64,000 nucleotides of DNA from Macrostomum hystrix (lineage: Eukaryota > Animalia > Platyhelminthes): the NCBI GenBank assembly GCA_950097015.1, contig CATNEN010000038.1, forward strand, positions 310,001-374,000, in the 5' to 3' direction. Positions 57,709 through 64,000 of the stretch are shown here, in pieces (positions within the stretch are counted from its first letter, which is position 1; every line of letters starts with the position of its first letter). Both the position numbers and the translations under genes were made by a program. The notes beneath the pieces were generated by a model. That model saw nothing but the letters and a program-made list of their open reading frames with translations. It searched no databases and was not told the DNA's origin.

Positions 57709-58090
57709 TTGTGGCGAGCAAAGTTTCAGGTGCAAAAGAATCTCTTCCAACAGGTACTGACAGATCTTCCTAACTGGTAGCACACCTGTTCTAACAGGTA
57801 CTGGCTAATCTACACAACTGGTAGCAAACCTGTTCTAACAGGTACTGGCTGATCTACACAACTGGTAGCACACCTGTTCTAACAGGTACTGGCTGATCTA
57901 CACAACTGGTAGCACACCTGTTCTAACAGGTACTGGCTGATCTACACAACTGGTAGCACACTTGTTCTAACAGGTACTGGCTGATCTACACAACTGGTAG
58001 CACACCTGTTCTAACAGGTACTGGCTGATCTACACAACTGGTAGCACACCTGTTCTGACAGGTACTGGCTGTTTTCTTTGCTCGCCACTG
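57709..58090. mobile_element. Short TIR element filled with a 47-bp tandem repeat
   Basis: GTGGCGAGCAAAG at 57711 and its reverse complement at 58076-58088 enclose ~7 units of AACAGGTACTGGCTGATCTACACAACTGGTAGCACACCTGTTCT-type sequence. Confidence 0.55.
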
Positions 58091-58755
58091 TTGCACGCAA
58101 TTGATCGAACAAAATTACTTAAAAAAGAATGTTTAAATCCATGCACCACAGAAAACAAATGAATAAAGACAAGTCTGATGACGAAAATGGCTGAATCATC
58201 ACACAAAACTCGATAACAGTTAAGAGATGCGAATCATTTTGTAAATACTCGTAGCATAGCGATTTATGCATGACTGTGAAATAAAAAATCTAATAAAGAA
58301 TGGCAAACATTAACGATGTAGACTACTGCCAGATTGCATGCCTGAAATGAGTAGTCAGTAGTGTGAGTAAATATGAGACACCAGTTTGACAGAAACAAAG
58401 AGAAAACTAAAAAGCCAACACCAAGCGGGGTAGACTACTGCCACGAAACTAAAAATACAAGCATCAAAATACGGTTAGAATATGCGAGCGAAGAATGCAA
58501 ACTAATTTTTGAATTAGAATAAAAAAGCCACCAGAACCAAACAGCTGCAGAGATGATCGCTGAATATTATCAATAACTAACTCTATTTATAGGATTCTGG
58601 GCATTTTAGGAAAGACCAAGAGAAGGCGGACGCGGGTTGGGCTTAATCGGGCAATGAGTAGTTAAAAATCTTCAAAACCTGCAGTCAGAAAATCTATGCA
58701 GTCCTAGTTTCAAATGGCAGAGAGACAAAGCGAACACGGGACAATGAGCCCGAAG

Positions 58756-59790
58756 TCACTCCTTCTTTTTATCTTGCGCGCCGCCGCTTCTGCTAGAAGA
58801 AGCTCCTTCAGCGGCGGTGTTCGGGTCGGATCCGGCGGTGCCAACGAACCGACTCACCACTGGCAGGCGGCTGGCAACCGCTCCGGTGGCCGAGGCTCCG
58901 ATTGAAGCGCCCCACTTGACGGCGCCCCAGCCGTAGCTGGCGGTGCTGGCCGCAGCCGAGGCGACACCTCCGGCCAGGCGGCCGACAAGGCCCGGCTCAG
59001 AACTGCCCGGGTCAGTCGCTGCGGCTTCGGCGACGTCTGCGGGTGATTCAAAAGACCATGGTTACTGGCGAATGCAGCTAGAGTACCATTCTTAGAAATG
59101 TAACCAGAGTACAAAGACTGTATTTTCTGAGAAATGTATGATGTATCCAGAGTACAATGATGGTCCTATCTTAGAAATGTAAGCAGAGTATCAAGATTGT
59201 ACTTTCTTAGAAATGTAACCAGAGTACAAAGACTGTACTTTCTGATAAATGTATCCAGAGTACAAAGATTGTATTTTCTGAGAAATGTAACCATTGTACA
59301 AATATTGTACTTTCTTAGAAACGTAACCAGAGTACAAAGACTGTACTTTCTTAGAAATGTAACCAGAGTACAAAGACTGTACTTTCTGAGAAATTTATCC
59401 AGAGTACAAAGACGGTCCTGTCTTAGAAATGTAAGCAGAGTATCAAGATTGTACTTTCTTAGAAATGTAACTAGAGTACAAAGACTGTCCTGTCTTTTTA
59501 ATTAGACATTCTCAGATTGTCCAATTCTTAATACTAAAATACAATACAAAACTATATATAGCTTATCTGACAGCAAAGTCACACAATAAAAGTGTACTTG
59601 TAAGAAAAAGATTAATCCAACAAAAGCAATGCAAGTCCTGTCACACCAAACTAAGCAAAAAATAAAAGACAACGCTATCTGCATTACCTGATTGATACTG
59701 TTGGCTATCCTCCTGTGCTGGGGAATCTTTGCTCGCCTTGTTAAATTGATAACCGCTGCCAGAATCCTTCTTAATGTGTCTGTGATGCAT
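58756..59790 (-). CDS. TMEM263: TMEM263-like small Gly/Ala-rich protein (~127 aa from ATG 59790; possible upstream exon 63183-63040)
   Basis: Exons 59790-59688 and 59036-58756 join in phase 1. PGLVGRLAGGVASAAASTASYGWGAVKWG...GAVASRLP...QDKKKE* resembles TMEM263 (PGMLSRVTGG...GGVAWIGG...KKKDKSD). Not in the ORF track. Confidence 0.55.
59080..59495. repeat. 36-bp minisatellite (TTAGAAATGTAACCAGAGTACAAAGACTGTACTTTC)n
   Basis: About 11 units inside the TMEM263-like intron. Confidence 0.88.
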
Positions 59791-59964
59791 TCTAGCGACT
59801 GGCGTAGAAAAGCTCGCTCTCCTTTATAGAAAATTCAATTGTATTTGCCACAAATGGCGACAAGTCACAAAAACCAATAGAAACTCACGGAAAGATCTGA
59901 AAATAGAAGCGTGGGAGTCTTAGGTAACATAATTTAAAACCACGGGACAATGTACTGTGACAAT

Positions 59965-60113
59965 GGTCAGTGAGGCATGTACAATGGGGAGGTGTGTGAT
60001 TGGATGGCTGGTCAGTGAGACATGCACACTGGGGAGGTGTGTGATTGGATGGCTGGTCAGTGAGGCATGTGCAATGGGGAGATGGGTGATTGGATGGCTG
60101 GTCAGTGAGGCAT
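59965..60113. repeat. 45-bp repeat, ~3 units
   Basis: GGTCAGTGAGGCATG...GATTGGATGGCT repeated. Confidence 0.8.
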
Positions 60114-61289
60114 GAGTAGAGTCATCGAATGGGATTCTTAAAGGATTCTTGCAAAATGAAAATACAGAAAGCCTTTTAAGTACGGCCCCACTGCAATAGG
60201 GTATAAACCCTTAAGCGGCGAGATCATAGAAATTAATTTTATTGATCAAGAATAAAGTTTTTGAGTCATTAACAAAGCTAGGATAACACTGGTAATGCTG
60301 AACTAACTAAACTTAGAAAATATAAATTTATTCAAAGACATTGAAAAGGCGCAGAAAACTCACAGGAAACACCGACATGATTATTCGGACCTATTTTTCC
60401 GTTTTTGCTAACTTTACAACTGCTGAAAATACAATCGAATTGTCTCAATAAAGTATACTCTATTAAACCTAGATACTAGGGAAATAAGAAAGCTTTTGAA
60501 ATGATTGATAAGACCAGACTAAAACTAATTCCTAGGCTTAGAAACTGCGGTAATCTTATCTGTTAGTTTGCGAGCTCGGGTTACGCGTTATTTGGCGAAC
60601 AAATTTCTGCAGACTGGTCCTCTCGCACCTTAAAATGCACCTCGTACACAAAGGAAATTAACTGTTGTAGAATGATCAGGGCTGATTACCAAGCTAATAT
60701 TTGCTACAGAAAGTTGTTTCGTTCACACACAATACACAATTAACTGGCTTATGACTGAAATGGACTATTTCAACAGATGATTGTGACAGAGGAAAAAAGA
60801 AACGTCGATTCTAAGTCACCGATTTCACCACAATGAACCCGTGCCGGAATCACCGCGCTATCCACGTACCATTGACACTTTGAACACACACACAGACACA
60901 CGCACACAGATTCGAGTCAGCATCGATTATGTCAGAGTTGATTCAACGGGCTTCACTTCCTGGGCTGGTGGATGTTGTGCGTGCTGGGCGCGTGCGACTT
61001 CTCATGCGTCGGCTGCGGCTTCTCGTGGTAGGCCTTGACAGCCTCCGGGGTGAAGGCCTTAACCTCCGAGACCACAGCGCCGGAGATAATCTGGCCCTGC
61101 GGGTTAAAAGATCAGCAATTCGAATATCGAATCTAGTATTAGCTACGAGGGACGATATTCAATCGTACTCGAAGTATCGAGTATTAACAGTAGACCATTT
61201 CCCAAGGAAATGTGTAGCCCAGCCACCACGGCACCTCGGAAGAGCGCACCGCATTTTTCGTTTTTCGTCGACAGATCTGTCTCTACCTG

Positions 61290-62632
61290 GCCTGTCTGAT
61301 CCGCATCCTCCTGCTTAGGGCTGGCATTGAACCGAACCCGGGGCCCTGGCCCTGTGGCACATGCAATCGGAACATCCGCACGTCCGAGGGCTCCATTCAC
61401 TGCGCAGGCTGTGACAAATGGTTTCACCATAAACCCTGCAGCGGACTCCGGAACCTCCTAAATTGGACGCCCAGTTACCGCTGCTCCTGCTGCGAATTCC
61501 TAGGGCACGCCCCACTTTGCGGCCGTCTCGCTCGCCCTCTGCTGCGCCTTTCTCCGCCCCGTCGCCTTCTGTCGTTTCTCCACTCATACCTATTTTTACC
61601 TCCGCCAATCATCCGTCATCCGTCATCCTCCTCGCTGTTTTGCATCCTCCAATTCAATGCCAATGGCCTGTCCAACAAATGCGAGAAACTCGCCCTTTTT
61701 CTCCGGGGCCATCAAATCGACCTCGCCGCCAACCAAGAAACCAAATTCAGGGCCAACAGCAAATTCCACATTGAAGGCTACGATATTGTTCGTCTTGACC
61801 GCGAAAGAAATAAGGGAGGTGGCCTCTGCTTCCTAATTCGCGAAGGTATCAGCTATCACTGCAACTCGTCCAGCTCCAGCAACGCGGAATGCCCTGCTGA
61901 GCTCCTCTCCATCTCCGTGGGGATTCCTCAATTACTGTCCCCCGTCTGGACATCGCTCTTGAGCAACACGAGTTGGGGCCTTCTGCAACGTGCCCAAAAT
62001 GCTGCGTTGCGGTCGATCACCAGATGCCACAGCTGCACGCAAATGGAGCACCTTCACAGCGAATGCTCTGTCCTGCCTCTCAAGGAGCACAGTGAGCTTA
62101 TCTCCGGTCAATTCTGGCTACAAAATTTGTTTCCTTAACATCCGAATCACTTGCTGCACATGGCGCCGGCTTCGCCTCGCAACATTCGCCAAGCATCGGC
62201 TACGATCTCCCCATCAGCCTCGTGCCTGATGACCTGCGCCAGCACCTCATCGTCATTCATTATACGTGCGTCCGTCATCACCTCGTCCTATCCTCGCCCA
62301 ATCCTGTCCTCGGCACTGCGTCGCCTGCCATCCATCCGTCGGAGCAAACCCTTAATCGCTGGCAACGTAGCACCCTCGCGCAGCTCCGGTCTGGCCACTG
62401 CCGTCTCCGAGCGAGCTAACAGCACAAGCTCGACCATAATTCCTCCGCCCTGTGCTCTGCCTGTGGTGAGGCGGATGAGTCCGTTCACCACCTCTTCGAC
62501 TTCCCGACGAGGCCTATGTCCTACACCATCCCCGATCTCTGGGCCAGTCCAACCGACGTCATCCTGTTCATTGAAGCGCTCTTCCCCGGTGCCGGGACTG
62601 GACGGGGCCCGCCTTACTAAGGGCTACCACAT
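61290..62632 (+). mobile_element. Internally deleted non-LTR retrotransposon (PHD-like finger, partial APE endonuclease, post-RT 3' end)
   Basis: IEPNPGP..C.C...C..WFH..C; ILQFNANGL...QETK...GYDIVRLDR..KGGGL; abrupt jump near 61930 to LQRAQNAALRSIT...HLHSEC...LAQLRSGHC...C..C...HLF. No RT core. Confidence 0.8.
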
Positions 62633-62844
62633 GATGCTGACCTCAGAAGGCTTCAAAAATAAGTTCATCGTTCATAAAAAAATCAGAAATTTTGATCTAC
62701 GAGTATATGGTGGACTTACACAAAAATCGGTTATTCGGTTTGGGGGCTGTCGTGAAGCAGGCAGCGGGTATTTGAAATACCCCCGGGTCGTTGCCCAGAT
62801 GTAAAATAGCGTTCTCTTTCTACTGTTAACATGTGTTTTAAATC

Positions 62845-63003
62845 CTCATTTAATTAATGCTGGTGGAACCCATTTAGCACCTGGATGAACTGAAGCTTTG
62901 GAGAATTAAGCGTCTTGCTAAAGGATACACATTTTTTACAGTGAATCAGGAATTGAACCTCCGACCTGTAATTTGTGAATCTGACGCACTAATTAATAGG
63001 CTA
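62845..63003 (-). mobile_element. SINE family A copy
   Basis: Reverse complement GGTCGGAGGTTCAATTCC...TCCTTTAGCAAGAC...GCTTCAGTTCATCCAGGTGCTAAATGGG matches 66-200. Confidence 0.65.
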
Positions 63004-64000
63004 AAAGCCCATTTAAAAATATTTCACTTTCTTAAGTACCTGTATTGGCTGCTCAGCCACAGCGCCAGAGTTATACTCGGCCTCCTGCTGCTTCAATTCT
63101 TCAGCGGAAGGCTCGCCTGAGGCAGCAGCTGCAGACTTCTCGCTGTTGCTGGAGTTGCGACTGCGGTTGCCAGGCACACGCATATTGCCTACCTTGGCTG
63201 TTGGTTCAATTGGTCAGTTGAATATTATTTGTAAAAATTGCAAAAGTATTTCAAAGAAGCATAAAGAAGCAACACACAGTATACTAAAATTTACAAGTAA
63301 TTACATAACCTGCTACAGACAAAACTGGCTTATCTCCCTGACTTATCTTATGTGATTACTATACTATCTATTGCATGTTAGTAACTGGCTGTTAAATAAT
63401 TTGGTGGATGAAAAACCAATATGATTTCTTGTATTTGGCATGTCTATTAGGAGTAAGCTACCACTTGTCTAATTTTTTTTATTTTAGAACTTAAAAGATT
63501 AAAAGTTTTCACAAATTAGTAAAATGTGTACATAATATTTAATCAAATGAGTTTGACAGCAAGAGTAAAGTTGTTTACATGTGACAGTAAGATAAGATGA
63601 TAAGAAAGTAACATTTATGTCCTATTATTGCCCTCTGTGTCAATTGACAAATGTAATTCTAAAGTTTACATATGGTTTACATTTCTTAGAAATTTTTTAA
63701 AGTAAATTCCTGCCAAATAAGTTTTACTGTAGCCACACAATTCTTGCCTAACTATCTGCACTTTATTCCAGCAGTGCTTATTTCAGTACTTTGTATTTTC
63801 CATTGTGAATAAAGCTAGCAGAATTGTCTTTTTCAAAGATATGATCTTTATCATTCAGTTTTGAAACAATACAGCTTTTATGCAATATTGTGACTATATG
63901 CAAGATAGGATTCTGATACTAAATATCAAGAGTTTCTAACAAAAAATGATTTGGTTCTAAATTCACAATCATAACTAACCAATCAGAGTTTAGTCAGCTT

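Overview
Eukaryotic (metazoan) genomic DNA with GC-rich spliced exons, AT-rich intergenic DNA and about 30 different minisatellite arrays. The minisatellite density and the noggin-like gene suggest a free-living flatworm such as Macrostomum (inference). Genes reconstructed by hand with GT-AG junctions and consistent phases: a 7-exon ammonium transporter (-, 7637-12030); a 6-exon WWOX orthologue (+, 15528-32916); an intronless secreted PAN/apple + C-type-lectin protein; a 10-Cys secreted peptide; a tandem pair of 4-exon secreted ~545-aa genes (-, 42178-45176 and 46890-48780); an intronless noggin-like gene; and a TMEM263-like gene. Mobile DNA: Merlin and Tc1 elements with TIRs, a solo LTR with TSD, Helitron remnants, decayed LINEs, two tRNA-derived SINE families and several foldback/MITE elements. 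The best candidate for an undescribed system is the tandem pair. Each copy has a signal peptide, a core of no family I recognise carrying a hypervariable Ser/Thr/Gly amphipathic beta-hairpin (pore-forming-toxin-like), and a C-terminal ApeC-like Cys domain whose exon looks homogenised between the paralogues. Most long ORFs in the supplied track are by-products of tandem repeats. All family assignments rest on motif recognition, not database searches.
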